From positions 1,950 through 65,949 of the forward strand of contig JAEESJ010000013.1 in NCBI GenBank assembly GCA_016286235.1: a stretch of DNA of 64,000 nt. The letters are read 5' to 3'. Numbering within the stretch: position 1 is the first letter of the stretch; each line of letters opens with the position of its first letter. Of the stretch, positions 1-10,599 are shown piece after piece. Source of the stretch: Opitutales bacterium. GTDB taxonomy: Bacteria > Verrucomicrobiota > Verrucomicrobiia > Opitutales > UBA9783. A program made the position numbers and the translations under genes. A model generated the notes under the pieces. The model did no database searches. It saw only the letters and a list, made by a program, of their open reading frames with translations, and had not been told where the DNA came from.

Positions 1-514
1 TTTGCTTCCGTCTTTTCTCCTTCGTCTGTCGGCGTTACAACCTACTCCGGCAATAAAAAACAACATCGGGAACTCCAACAACTTGCTTTAGATGAGCACA
101 CCTTCGATGCCGTCTGCCTCCGATTGTTCTCGATGTGCACGGATAACTAAGGGTAGGGAAGGAAAAACAAAGGTAAAAAGCGACAATAACGCCCTCACAC
201 CCTGCCTGCTTCCGTTCCCTTCACTCGTCCTGACCTCCTTTAACAACACACGCAATCGATACTCCTCCGCAATACCACCCTCGCGAAACCCGACTTTACA
301 ATCCGACAGATTCTTCCGTCACAATGCACGGCAGACAAACGGGGAGACCGGAATAAAGAGCATACCCGCAGATTAAATACAGACCGCTACGACACTTAAC
401 CACTGATATGATGCACCTCCTCGTTTAAACTCCGACCCGTCGACCCTTCACTCTTCCCGCCACAGCGGAAGAGCACACCCCGCATAAATCGCCGCGTTTT
501 TCGGCAGTAAATAC

Positions 515-982
515 CTAGGCGGATGCGTCGCCTGCTTCGACCTTTTCGGTACCCGCTTTCACGGACTTCTTTGCTGATTTTTTCGCTACAGGCTTTGAAG
601 AAGCGGAAACATCAACCTTTGAAGTCGTTTTGCACGCTTTCAAGACTTGTTCGATTAAAGCTTTGAAGCCCTCTTCGTTGCGGATTGCCAATTCGCTCAG
701 TTGCTTGCGATCCAGCTCGATGTTGCACTTTTTGAGACCGTTAATGAAGCGGCTGTAAGAAACGCCCGCCGCGCGACAGGCGGCATTGATGCGAACAATC
801 CACAAGCGGCGAAATTCGCCTTTCTTCTTGCGTCTGTCGCGAAACGCATATGCTCCCGCGCGCCAATAAGCATCGTTCGCATAGCGGAAAAGGCGGGATT
901 TATTGCCAAAATACCCGCGTGTTTGTTTCAGTATCCGCTTACGACGTTTCCGTGTTGCAACTCCGTTCGTTACTCGTGTCAT
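515..982 (-). CDS. rplT: 50S ribosomal protein L20 with a K/A/S-rich C-terminal extension
   Basis: 155-aa ORF. The N-terminal ~118 aa read as bacterial L20 (RVTNGVATRKRRKRILKQTRGYFG...FRRLWIVRINAACR). It lies directly downstream of rpmI on the same strand. The tail KVDVSASSKPVAKKSAKKSVKAGTEK is additional. Confidence 0.9.
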   Translation of the reverse strand: MTRVTNGVATRKRRKRILKQTRGYFGNKSRLFRYANDAYWRAGAYAFRDRRKKKGEFRRLWIVRINAACRAAGVSYSRFINGLKKCNIELDRKQLSELAIRNEEGFKALIEQVLKACKTTSKVDVSASSKPVAKKSAKKSVKAGTEKVEAGDASA

Positions 983-1051
983 TGTATTTTCCTCCGTTCA
1001 AGCCAAGGCAAGGTCGTCGTTAAAACCCTGCCCCGAACCGTTAAAATTTAC

Positions 1052-1252
1052 CTAGAAATTCGCAAAAGGCATCGCCGCCTTTACCGTCGCAACCTGTTTG
1101 GCATTATCCAAACAAACGTCCTTGCCGGCACGCCGCGACTGACTGTTGGATTTGTTGCGCAAAAAATGCCGATAACCGGGTTTGCGAAGCATCACCTTAC
1201 CCGTTCCCGTAATTTTAAATTTCTTCGCAATCGATTTCTTCGTCTTTTGCAT
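1052..1252 (-). CDS. rpmI: 50S ribosomal protein L35
   Basis: Internal ATG (complement of 1250-1252) of ORF 1052..1453 gives 66 aa: MQKTKKSIAKKFKITGTGKVMLRKPGYRHFLRNKS..., the typical L35 pattern. Canonical rpmI-rplT order. Confidence 0.85.
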   Translation of the reverse strand: MQKTKKSIAKKFKITGTGKVMLRKPGYRHFLRNKSNSQSRRAGKDVCLDNAKQVATVKAAMPFANF

Positions 1253-1301
1253 ACCCTGAGCGAATATCTTTTTCTGCCGTCTGTAAAGCGAAAAAATAAC
1301 A

Positions 1302-3812
1302 TTACGGTTTCTTTTGCGGTCGCTTCGCCTTCGGCAACACCCAACGGATGGGATTGAAGGTAATAAAATACTTCGGGTCTTTGAGTGAACCGTTGACCGA
1401 AGCCGAAAACGCGCGCGTGACGGGCGTGAAAATCTGAAATGCATGACGGACAATCGGTATCCCCATTTGTCGATGATCGAGGAACGAAAAGTTTAAATCG
1501 CCCTTCAGCCAATGATTTTCAAGATCCACAACACCCGCAATATCGGCTTGTGCGGTATCGCCCGACAATTCCGCTTTTTGCGTGCGGATTTCGCGTTCGT
1601 TGAAGGAAAATCCCGACGTAAAACGGTCAAAGTTGACAGTCGGAAAGAACGGAATTTTTGCGAAAAGCAATTTTTGCAACGGTCCGAGAAGGTGAATTTT
1701 GGATAATTCCGGATTTTTGAAATCCGCAAATCCTTCGCCCTCAACGGAAAATTCGGGGTGCCGACGCCCTTTCGCCTTAATGTTGAGATCCAACAGCCCG
1801 CTGTAGGTTTTTAAATTGTCGGGCGGAATATCGGCAACCCATTTGGCAAACATCGGTTGTTGCAACAAAGAGCCCGTCGGCAGTTGCTCACCTTCGGCTT
1901 CGATTTCAAACGTCTCTTTGCGTAGAAGAAGGTTTGCCTTGAAAGGTGCCGTATGAAACAGCTTTCCCTGAAAGTTTGCCTGCGTTTTTTCGACATCCCG
2001 TCGGTATGTAATCTCCAAATCCTCAACGGGCATTGCATCGATTTTGTGCATCGGCGATTGAGCAGCAACCTCCAGGTAATCTTTCGGCAGTTCGGGGAAG
2101 GAAACGCAACCTTTGAAAGAAGCCTTCATCGGTATCAACGGATGCAATCGCTTCAAATGCTCTATGTCGGAAACACCGATAAAATCCTCAATCAACGTCT
2201 CCCAACGTTGTACCGAAAACGTCCCCGATCCGTTAAAATCAAACTGTTCATGTTGTTCGTCTCTCGGATCGTACGGCCAACGAATGAAACAGGAACCTTC
2301 GCCGTCGAGTGTTTGCAATCGATGCAGTTTGATGTTCGCATAACCGGGTTGATGTGAAAACGTAACGGCAAGTTTTTTAAAATCCGTCTGTTTGTAACGC
2401 CCGTTTTGCGCTTCCGCATACCCAAAAAGACGATTGAAGTGTTGCTTAACATCCCATTGAAATGCCACATCGGCACAGGGATTTTTGTCGAAAAAACGAA
2501 AATTGTTCGCAAAATCATGCCACCACGGCGGCAAATACGGTTCCAAGACATTTATCAGAACGGGCGCGACGGTTCCGTTGCAAAAAACTTGCCCTTTTTG
2601 TTCCGAAAAATCGCAAGTGCCATAGGTGTGAAGATCGACTTTGTTTTTTTCAACATTTGATGCCAAATCGTTTGGCGGTTGGAAAGTTGCATCCCACGAA
2701 AAAACATCGGCGTCTTTGGAAAGTTTTGCTTCGGCTCTTTGAAACGGCTGACCGTTAACAGTTAAATCGGAAGTATTCAACCGCACCGTCGCTTGTTGCA
2801 AATTACCTTGAATTTGCGCGGCAAGCGGTGCGTTAAATAAAATGCGATACGGGTTTTGAGGCACATTCGCCGTTTGATTGCAAAAGTTCGGACTTGCGAT
2901 AAATAAACCCTTCGACAGTGTTCCTTGTTTTCGAGGCAGATGAAATAAAAATTCTCCCTTCGCGTCTAATCCTTCACCGTCGACGGAAAATTGCACCGTA
3001 TTTTCGGAATACGGCTGAAAATCCTTTAAACGCCCGTAAAACCTCGGAGGTTGCGGAAAAACGTCCGTATAACCTTGGAATTCTACCGATGAACAAGCAT
3101 TTTCAAAGGTATAGGTGCCGTCCGCCAGAGGATGATAAATTGAGAAAAACCTCGGTGTATCGATTTGTTGCGCCTGCAAAAAAACGGACGCACTTTTTTC
3201 GTCGAAACAAGTTTGCCCGAAAACATCTGTTGCCCGAATATGTCCGAAGTGCAATGCATCGGTTTTAAACAGCAGCGAAAACTTTCCCGCAGCACCCTCC
3301 GTATGCAGTTGTAAATTTTTTAATGAAAAACCCTCCGCTTTTACACCCGAAGAAGGCAGATTTTCAAGCATCTTTTTATATTGTTGTAACGCGCGGAGCG
3401 AATGAAAATTTCCTCGCAATAAGCCTAAGGTTTCGTGATGCGCCGACAGTAATGCGCAATAATCGTCATTGTTTTTTCGAATAAGACCGTCCAATGCATC
3501 GAATTTTCCGAAAGATGTTCCCAAAATGCCGTCTTGAATTTCGCACTGCCATCGTTCGAGAAACTTTTCATTTTTTAAAGGCGAGAAATCGATGCAGGAA
3601 GCTTCAAACGGCGTTTTCTGAAATTGACCTTTAACATCGTATAATGTTAATCGTTGTCGCAACAAAACAGCCTTGGACGTACGAAGCGGAAATTTTAAAA
3701 GACGACAAATCGGATCGACGGGGATAATCAGGGAGGAATTAAAAAACACGTACACCAACCAACCGATACCGAGCGACAACAAAAACAGCTGTACGTAAAA
3801 GAAGCGTTTCAT
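1302..3812 (-). CDS. large membrane-anchored protein of unknown function (possibly AsmA-like)
   Basis: 836-aa uninterrupted ORF with an N-terminal hydrophobic anchor (FFYVQLFLLSLGIGWLVYVFF). The C-terminal segment (...VNGSLKDPKYFITFNP) resembles AsmA-family C-termini. This assignment is by recall only. Confidence 0.45.
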   Translation of the reverse strand: MKRFFYVQLFLLSLGIGWLVYVFFNSSLIIPVDPICRLLKFPLRTSKAVLLRQRLTLYDVKGQFQKTPFEASCIDFSPLKNEKFLERWQCEIQDGILGTSFGKFDALDGLIRKNNDDYCALLSAHHETLGLLRGNFHSLRALQQYKKMLENLPSSGVKAEGFSLKNLQLHTEGAAGKFSLLFKTDALHFGHIRATDVFGQTCFDEKSASVFLQAQQIDTPRFFSIYHPLADGTYTFENACSSVEFQGYTDVFPQPPRFYGRLKDFQPYSENTVQFSVDGEGLDAKGEFLFHLPRKQGTLSKGLFIASPNFCNQTANVPQNPYRILFNAPLAAQIQGNLQQATVRLNTSDLTVNGQPFQRAEAKLSKDADVFSWDATFQPPNDLASNVEKNKVDLHTYGTCDFSEQKGQVFCNGTVAPVLINVLEPYLPPWWHDFANNFRFFDKNPCADVAFQWDVKQHFNRLFGYAEAQNGRYKQTDFKKLAVTFSHQPGYANIKLHRLQTLDGEGSCFIRWPYDPRDEQHEQFDFNGSGTFSVQRWETLIEDFIGVSDIEHLKRLHPLIPMKASFKGCVSFPELPKDYLEVAAQSPMHKIDAMPVEDLEITYRRDVEKTQANFQGKLFHTAPFKANLLLRKETFEIEAEGEQLPTGSLLQQPMFAKWVADIPPDNLKTYSGLLDLNIKAKGRRHPEFSVEGEGFADFKNPELSKIHLLGPLQKLLFAKIPFFPTVNFDRFTSGFSFNEREIRTQKAELSGDTAQADIAGVVDLENHWLKGDLNFSFLDHRQMGIPIVRHAFQIFTPVTRAFSASVNGSLKDPKYFITFNPIRWVLPKAKRPQKKP

Positions 3813-5521
3813 GGATTAAGAAAGGTACGAAGCGCATTATTCTGCTCTTTTTGATGCGTAATGCGGAACAGAAAATCAATCCATTCGGGCGCAAAGGTGA
3901 ATTTTTTTCCCGCATAACCGCCGATTTGAAAACGACCGCCGATGCGTTCCGAAAACGTTAATTCGTACGTTTTCGGGATGTGCGCATCGTTTTCCGTTGT
4001 GATAAAGAGCGTATATATGTCGATCGGGAATGTCGGTAAATCTTTATCTTCAAGCCAACAGTCGGCCGTCAAATGCGCCAACGGTACGTCTTTGTAATCG
4101 GCGGAATTTATCGGTTCGACGACTTTATTAAAGGGCGATTTTAGTTTTACCTGAACAACACGTTCATTCGAATTGAACTTCCAAACGGTTTTGTCTTCCG
4201 AAAATTCAAAGTACGTTTGAAAAATTTCGGGATCGAAGGAAGTCAGTTGCATCCATAACGGTTGGTTCGATAATTTAACATATGCAGTATCTTCATCGCA
4301 ATAAACGGTCGCCGACAGCGTGCCGTTCGACGTCGTAATTTCAAGCTCTGTCTGCTTTTTTCCCGTCAAATCGGGCGCACTCGGCAAAAAATCCTTCACA
4401 CACAGCATGTTCAATTTATCCGTAAGCGATTGCAGACACGCTGTAGAAACTTTCTGCGTTTGAACGGGAGCACCAGCTTCCGTATGAACCGACCGCTCCC
4501 ATTCGTTTTTATCCAACGGGCGCAGGACGGTTCGTGTGCCTTGCCGGCGACAGGCAATTTGACGGATTTGCGAAAGTTCCAAGTCAAAAATCATCCGTTT
4601 ACACAACGTTGCAGGCGCATGCAACAATCGATCGACGGTTTCGGTTTTGATTAAAAACAGCGACGCATCATTGTTACGTTGAACAATATAAGTATGCGGT
4701 TCATTTTCTCTCAATAACAGCTGAAGCGTCTCCGTTGTTTTCCCGTCGCTTAATATCAATCGAAGCATTGGTTCGGCACCCGAAAAACTTTGCCGATAGG
4801 TTTGTGCCTCTTTGGCCGTCAAAAAACGTTCGACGGTCAAATATCGCAGTTGTTGCGAAAGTGCATCCGCCTTTTGCGTATCAATCGGGACGGGAAGCGG
4901 TAATTTCAACGACCATGTTGCTCCCGTTCGATCCAAAAGCACTTTTTGTTGCACCGTTTCCAGCGCGATGGTTTTCAAAGTCGCCAAATCCAACAAATAA
5001 GGGAAACACCAATGTTCCAAAGGTGTTTTTAAAAACCTTGCAAGTTCATCGTTGACGGAGAAAATTTCGCGCGTTTCGGGAATAAGCAGGTACGTTTCTT
5101 CACCGTCATCCGTCGCTTCACCGACCGCCAATTGATACGTTTCATCCGATGTTTGCAACATGATCGTGCAGGACGGCAGATCGAGACCATACTTTGAAAG
5201 ATCCGTCACAGAGGCACATTTTGCAATAAACTCCGGTTTTAATCCAAAAAGCACTTGCAAGAAACGATCCATAACCAAGGGATGCGCCTCCCAATCGATG
5301 GGAGCGTTCATATGCCACTCGGAACCCGTTTTTTCGAAATACATCGATGTACCATCGCGAAATTTAACATCAACGGACTGTAGATCCAAAAGATGACGTT
5401 GAAAGTTAAGTGTATGGATTTCTGGAGAAGACGAAGTATCACCAAACCGTTGATACGCGAATAACGCTATCCAGAGGGTATTTAACAGAGTTAAAACAAT
5501 CGAAAAACAGAAACGAAGCAT
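3809..5521 (-). CDS. membrane-anchored protein, possible DUF4340-like
   Basis: 570-aa ORF with an N-terminal TM segment. Its stop overlaps the start of the downstream 836-aa gene (ATGA, 3809-3812), which suggests co-translation. The domain call is by recall only. Confidence 0.4.
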   Translation of the reverse strand: MLRFCFSIVLTLLNTLWIALFAYQRFGDTSSSPEIHTLNFQRHLLDLQSVDVKFRDGTSMYFEKTGSEWHMNAPIDWEAHPLVMDRFLQVLFGLKPEFIAKCASVTDLSKYGLDLPSCTIMLQTSDETYQLAVGEATDDGEETYLLIPETREIFSVNDELARFLKTPLEHWCFPYLLDLATLKTIALETVQQKVLLDRTGATWSLKLPLPVPIDTQKADALSQQLRYLTVERFLTAKEAQTYRQSFSGAEPMLRLILSDGKTTETLQLLLRENEPHTYIVQRNNDASLFLIKTETVDRLLHAPATLCKRMIFDLELSQIRQIACRRQGTRTVLRPLDKNEWERSVHTEAGAPVQTQKVSTACLQSLTDKLNMLCVKDFLPSAPDLTGKKQTELEITTSNGTLSATVYCDEDTAYVKLSNQPLWMQLTSFDPEIFQTYFEFSEDKTVWKFNSNERVVQVKLKSPFNKVVEPINSADYKDVPLAHLTADCWLEDKDLPTFPIDIYTLFITTENDAHIPKTYELTFSERIGGRFQIGGYAGKKFTFAPEWIDFLFRITHQKEQNNALRTFLNP

Positions 5522-5807
5522 GCTATGTGTTTTTTAGATGTTTTCCAAAGAAAAGCTCCGTGAATAAACGCTCTTCTTCTATAAAACACAGCCGTATATC
5601 CTGCCAAAAAAAGGACATTTTTGAATAAAAAACACAATCATCCACGCCATACATATTGTGGCATATGCAATGCAACGTAGGCAATTTATAAAACCGAAGG
5701 CGGCGAAAAATCTTGTCTGTTGCACAAAAAAAGGACACCATCGGCGTGGTTGTTTTAGTGTGTTTTAGGTTTTCGGACGGGTTTTTAGAGAAAAGCATCA
5801 GAGCGAG

Positions 5808-7793
5808 GTGAGTAATCGTCAAATCATCATCATAGGCAATCCGAACTGCGGGAAAACGACCCTGTTCAATGATTTAACGGGGGCGCACGAGCGGGTTGCC
5901 AATTACGTCGGAGTCACACACGGCATTCAGAACGGAAGTTTTTTGGATAATTTCGGGCAAAAAACAACGGTGTACGATCTGCCCGGAACTTACGGGCTAT
6001 CGGTTGGCACATCGGAAGAGCGGGAAATTTTCGATTTATTGTATCATTCCGGTGAACAAACGCGACTCTTGTGCGTTCTGGATGCGCGTTCTTTGGAGCG
6101 CAGTTTGTTCTTGGGAACACAGCTTTTGGAATTGGGCTTGCCGATTTGTTTTGCCGTTCATTTTTCGTTTCGCCTGCAAAAACAGGGGCATATGCTTGAT
6201 AAAGCTTCACTGGAACGCGTACTGCCGGCACCCGTAATTTATTTGTCTTCACGGACGGCGGTGCGACGCCGGCAGCTGCGCGATGTCGTGACGCGTGATT
6301 TATTTGAAAAAACAAATAACTTTCATATTTCATTCCCGAACAAAGGCGAAAAATTACGGGATGAATTGGCGGAAAAAATAAATCTGTCAAGCGGATGGTG
6401 CGGTCTGTTGTTGTTACAGGATTGCGCGCAACGAAAAGCATTCACTACGGAACACGAGGAACGTTTCGTTCAAACGGAGGACGCTTTAAATCAAACCGTT
6501 ACGAATTGGAAAACGCAAGCAACGACCGCGCGTTACCGTTGGATTGAAAATGTAGTTTCACAATGCATTCGTCACGTTTCGGGGCAACATTCGTCCTTTG
6601 ATTGGGATCGGGTGTTTCTGCATCCGTTTTGGGGGTTGGTAACAATGGGGATGATTGCATTTTCGATGCTTCTGACGGTCTTTACGCTTTCGGAATATCC
6701 GATGCGACTGTGCGAATGGGGCATCGAAGCACTTCAAGGCGGACTTAAAGCGTGGTTGCCCGATACGTGGTGGCGTTCGTTGCTGATCGAAGGTGTCTTA
6801 GGCGGTTCGGGAAATGTTTTGCTGTTTTTGCCGCAATTTGTTCTGGTGATTGCCTGCCTCGGGATTTTGGAAAACACCGGCTACCTGGCGCGCGTTATGT
6901 TTTTGTTGGATCGTTGGATGAAAAAAATCGGTCTGTCGGGATCGTCGTTCGTGGCACTCGTCTCCTGTTATGCCTGCACTGTCCCGGGGATTATGCAAAC
7001 TCGTTGTGTTGCCAACCGACAAGAGCGTCTCACAACGCTTTTCGTGGCACCCTGGGTCAACTGCGCCAGTCGCGTCCCTATCTATCTGTTGCTGATTTCT
7101 CTCCTCTTCAAAGATATGACGCCGTGCGGCAAAACGCTGTTGGTGATTGCCATTTACCTGACGGGTTTGGCAGCAGCATTGGCATTGGCGGCGGTGATAC
7201 GCACGTTTTTCTTTAAAACCCGCGGCTCGGTATCCGTTGCCGAAGTTCCGCCGCTTCTCAGCCCGCAATGGACATACATTTTGAAGTTGATGAGGGCGCA
7301 AACGCTCTTCTTTTTACGAAAAGCGGGCACGGTGGTGTTGGCGTGCAGTATTATCCTTTGGCTTTGTCTGCATGCGAAGATAACGCGTTCAGGCGAAACG
7401 GTCGATTGCGTCCATTGGGTCGGTGAAAAATTGGAAAAAATTCTGAAGCCTATCGGCTTTGACGGCAATTTGGGCATTGCATTGCTTAGCTCCTTCGATG
7501 CGCGCGAGAATTTTATTTCCACCTTGGGCGTGTTGTACAATGCTGATGCAAAGGAACCCGGTTGTTTGCGCGAATATCTGCAACAGGCAAAGGACGCCGA
7601 AGGCAAGCCGATTTATTCGTTTGCGACCTGCGTATCGCTGATTTTGTTTTTCATGTTTTCCCTGCAATGCATCGGCACTTTAATGCTTGTAAAGGCGGAG
7701 GCTCAAACGTGGCACTTGCCATTGTTGCAATTTATTTTCATGAACGGCTTCGCTTATGCGCTGTGCTTTGTTGTTTATCAGATACTGCGATGA
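5808..7793 (+). CDS. feoB: ferrous iron transporter FeoB
   Basis: 661 aa with a GTG start. N-terminal G-domain (IIIIGNPNCGKTTLFNDLTG, DLPGTY) followed by a polytopic membrane domain typical of FeoB. No feoA ORF was seen upstream. Confidence 0.9.
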   Translation: MSNRQIIIIGNPNCGKTTLFNDLTGAHERVANYVGVTHGIQNGSFLDNFGQKTTVYDLPGTYGLSVGTSEEREIFDLLYHSGEQTRLLCVLDARSLERSLFLGTQLLELGLPICFAVHFSFRLQKQGHMLDKASLERVLPAPVIYLSSRTAVRRRQLRDVVTRDLFEKTNNFHISFPNKGEKLRDELAEKINLSSGWCGLLLLQDCAQRKAFTTEHEERFVQTEDALNQTVTNWKTQATTARYRWIENVVSQCIRHVSGQHSSFDWDRVFLHPFWGLVTMGMIAFSMLLTVFTLSEYPMRLCEWGIEALQGGLKAWLPDTWWRSLLIEGVLGGSGNVLLFLPQFVLVIACLGILENTGYLARVMFLLDRWMKKIGLSGSSFVALVSCYACTVPGIMQTRCVANRQERLTTLFVAPWVNCASRVPIYLLLISLLFKDMTPCGKTLLVIAIYLTGLAAALALAAVIRTFFFKTRGSVSVAEVPPLLSPQWTYILKLMRAQTLFFLRKAGTVVLACSIILWLCLHAKITRSGETVDCVHWVGEKLEKILKPIGFDGNLGIALLSSFDARENFISTLGVLYNADAKEPGCLREYLQQAKDAEGKPIYSFATCVSLILFFMFSLQCIGTLMLVKAEAQTWHLPLLQFIFMNGFAYALCFVVYQILR

Positions 7794-7989
7794 CAATTAT
7801 CGCCGTGAACAGTGTAATAGGAGATGTAATGTTTAAGGCAGGGTGAGGGATAAAAGTGCTCTGTTTAAAAAATCACATGCGTCGTTTAACGAAAATGCGA
7901 AATTTTCGGAGAAAAACAGAGGTTGTTCGGAAAAGATTTTTGTATCGATGTTTGAAGTTTTGACACGGACGCATTTACAATGATTAAAG

Positions 7990-8727
7990 ATGGAGACGGT
8001 CGGGCAACAAAGTTCTTCGGAGCAGATTAATGTCAATCTTCCGTGGCACTCGAACGTTTTTATCGTCAAATCTCTTTCATCGATATTTGCCGTTTATAAG
8101 CCCTGTGGCGTTCGGTCGCATCCCAATGATAATGAAATTTGTCGGCAGGCGTTATTGGAAGCGCCGTATGTTTCAGAAAAGGAAGCTTATAAAATCGGTG
8201 AAAATTATGTCTATCTCCTCAATCGCTTAGACAGTCCGACATCGGGATTGATGCTGTTGAGTACGGATTTTGAAACAACACAACAGGTGCGCGCACTTTT
8301 TAAAGCGCATCGCGTGCAAAAAATTTATCATGCAGTTGTTAAAGGATTTTTTTCCGAAAAACCGCTTGTTTGGCGCGATTGCCTGGATATTCAACATAAA
8401 GGGACTTATGTACGAACGCATCGCACCAAAGATCATGGCGTATGGGCAAAAACAAGGGTACGCCTCTTAAAAATCATACGCCTACAGAACGAAACCCTAA
8501 ATTTAATCGAACTGCAACCGCTCACGGGGCGCACACACCAACTGCGTGTGCAATGTGCCGCCCGCGATTTCCCGATTTTAGGCGACAAAACGTACGGCGA
8601 CTTTGCATGGAATAAACGTTTAAAAGCGGAACGGCTTTATCTACATGCGGAAAAGGTTTCCTTTAGTTTGGACAACATAACTTTCGAAGCCAAATGCCCT
8701 TCGGGATGGGATTTTGGAGATAAGTAA
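7990..8727 (+). CDS. RluA-family pseudouridine synthase
   Basis: 245 aa. Catalytic-Asp motif NRLDSPTSGLMLL and C-terminal GRTHQLRVQCA...PILGDKTYG, typical of the RluA/RsuA superfamily. Confidence 0.85.
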   Translation: METVGQQSSSEQINVNLPWHSNVFIVKSLSSIFAVYKPCGVRSHPNDNEICRQALLEAPYVSEKEAYKIGENYVYLLNRLDSPTSGLMLLSTDFETTQQVRALFKAHRVQKIYHAVVKGFFSEKPLVWRDCLDIQHKGTYVRTHRTKDHGVWAKTRVRLLKIIRLQNETLNLIELQPLTGRTHQLRVQCAARDFPILGDKTYGDFAWNKRLKAERLYLHAEKVSFSLDNITFEAKCPSGWDFGDK

Positions 8728-9046
8728 TCGAATACAATCGGTGATAAATGCAAAAATAACAAAGCAGCTTTTAACAGAATTTTATAAAATTGTCAATACT
8801 TTTCATAGGTTTTTTTAAATTATTCATAGGTGTTTTTTTAGTTATTGTTTAAAAAGGTTGTTTTTTGCAATACCGACGCGGATAATTGTGGGATTTTGGA
8901 CTTTTAGGCAGATATTTTAAAAACAGTCGTACCGCGCAGGGATACATATATGCAACAAATATGTACCACGCAGGTATTGCCTAAAACAGTGAATTACGCC
9001 TTTTGGTGAAAAAATCCGCTAAACGTACCGCTTTTCATCTCAGATG

Positions 9047-9649
9047 TTAAATACTCGATGACGTTTTTTCTCCTTGTTTCACCAACCAACACCGCAACAG
9101 CCCCAGCGCGGTTACGGTCACGGCATTCTGAAAAATCTGACGATCCATGGCATCATCCAAATGTTCGATCGGCAACAGATACGTGGCACAATCTTCCGTC
9201 GGATCAAAATCCGTATCGCACGTTTTTTCGCAATTTTGCAATAAGTAAAAGTAAATGTGCGAATTAAAACAGGCGGGATTGAAATAACAAGCGTAGAGCA
9301 AAATCGGATTTTCTCCCGTGTAACCGCTCTCCTCACGTAACTCACGGTGCAGGGCGTGCACGGGATCTTCGCCTTTTTCAATACCGCCGCCCGGAACTTC
9401 CAAAGACAAATCCCTGCATCCCGGACGAAATTGGCTGACAAGCACCAGTTCGTTTTTAGAGGTAATTGCAAGGCAGATGACGACGTCTTTTCCATCGATA
9501 ACATCGAAATCAACCGAACTTTTGGAATTATGCGCGCGGCAGGTGTACAAATCGCCGAAAAAATACGAACCTCTCGTCGTTTCGGCGTCCACCGTCCACG
9601 GTTCGGGACGCTTCTTATCCCACGTCCATGAAGAATTCTCCTCAGTCAT
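9047..9649 (-). CDS. NUDIX hydrolase
   Basis: 200 aa. GGGIEKGEDPVHALHRELREESGY fits the Nudix box GX5EX7REUXEEXGU. Confidence 0.85.
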   Translation of the reverse strand: MTEENSSWTWDKKRPEPWTVDAETTRGSYFFGDLYTCRAHNSKSSVDFDVIDGKDVVICLAITSKNELVLVSQFRPGCRDLSLEVPGGGIEKGEDPVHALHRELREESGYTGENPILLYACYFNPACFNSHIYFYLLQNCEKTCDTDFDPTEDCATYLLPIEHLDDAMDRQIFQNAVTVTALGLLRCWLVKQGEKTSSSI

Positions 9650-10319
9650 CGCGCCTGCGGGATAATATCGACAAGTAGTAAAAGAGCGTTCCCAGGGAAG
9701 CGATGAACGCCGCGACGTAAGTGAATGCCGCTGCGTTTAAGGTTTCGCTGACACCGACTTGTTCTTCCTCGTCGATAATCGATAATCCCGCCAAGGCTTT
9801 TTTGGCACGGCGACTGGCGTCAAATTCCACAGGGAGTGTCACGAGTTGGAAAATTGCCAAAATGAGATAAATCCATACTGCAACTTTAATGAGACCGAAG
9901 AAATTGAGGAAAAATCCGCCGAAAATCACAAACGGCAACAGTTGGCAGGAAAAATTTGTTACGGGAATCAACGCCGAACGCCACTGTAATGGCGCATAAG
10001 CTTCTTTATGCTGAACGGCATGCCCGGCTTCATGCGCCGCAACACCCAATGCCGCCAAGGACGTGCCGTTGTAATTATCTTCACTGAGCGCCAACCGCCG
10101 ATGGATTGGATCGTAGTGATCGGTCAATTTTCCTTCGATGCGAACAATTTCCACATCGTGAATGCCAGCTTGCTCCATAACCGCCGCCGCCGCATCTTTC
10201 CCGCGAACACCGCTTTTACAACGCACCTGCGACCATTTCGAGTACTTGGAATGCACCTGAAACTGCGCCCATAAACCGAGAACAAGCGGAAGAATGATGT
10301 AATATAGATACTCCTGCAT
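9642..10319 (-). CDS. YugP-type membrane zinc metallopeptidase
   Basis: 225 aa with an HEXXH motif (AAHEAGHAVQH) and flanking hydrophobic segments. Overlaps the NUDIX gene start by 8 nt. Confidence 0.8.
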   Translation of the reverse strand: MQEYLYYIILPLVLGLWAQFQVHSKYSKWSQVRCKSGVRGKDAAAAVMEQAGIHDVEIVRIEGKLTDHYDPIHRRLALSEDNYNGTSLAALGVAAHEAGHAVQHKEAYAPLQWRSALIPVTNFSCQLLPFVIFGGFFLNFFGLIKVAVWIYLILAIFQLVTLPVEFDASRRAKKALAGLSIIDEEEQVGVSETLNAAAFTYVAAFIASLGTLFYYLSILSRRRDD

Positions 10320-10599
10320 GCCTTTATTATACTTCCCGCGTTGCCCGCGTTCGCAAGATTTTTTTCAAAACCTGGCGTATTCATTCTTATCAAAGGTATC
10401 GATAAGTAATTTTCGATAAATTCGGCAGATTTTTTGAAGTACCGTTTTGACTGATTAAAACACAGTTTTTTCGAATACGAACCACAGGGTACATGCTCAT
10501 TTTTCCCCGAAACAGTGCTCTAAATTTCCATTTTTCCACAATGCCGAAGTACCCGAAAAATTTTTGATGTTTGTTTTTAAAAAAAACGGGTCGATATTG

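Noticed and set aside
92-376. 94-aa plus-strand ORF, and the C-rich first 514 bp generally
   Set aside because: The ORF is Pro/Ser/Thr/Arg-rich with no motif or RBS. I checked the region by eye for tmRNA, RNase P and SRP signature strings and found none. It is left unannotated.
5522-5807. Search for a feoA gene or a Fur box upstream of feoB
   Set aside because: There is no small SH3-like ORF on the plus strand. I could identify no convincing GATAATGATAATCATTATC-like palindrome. The 99-aa minus-strand ORF there has no support.
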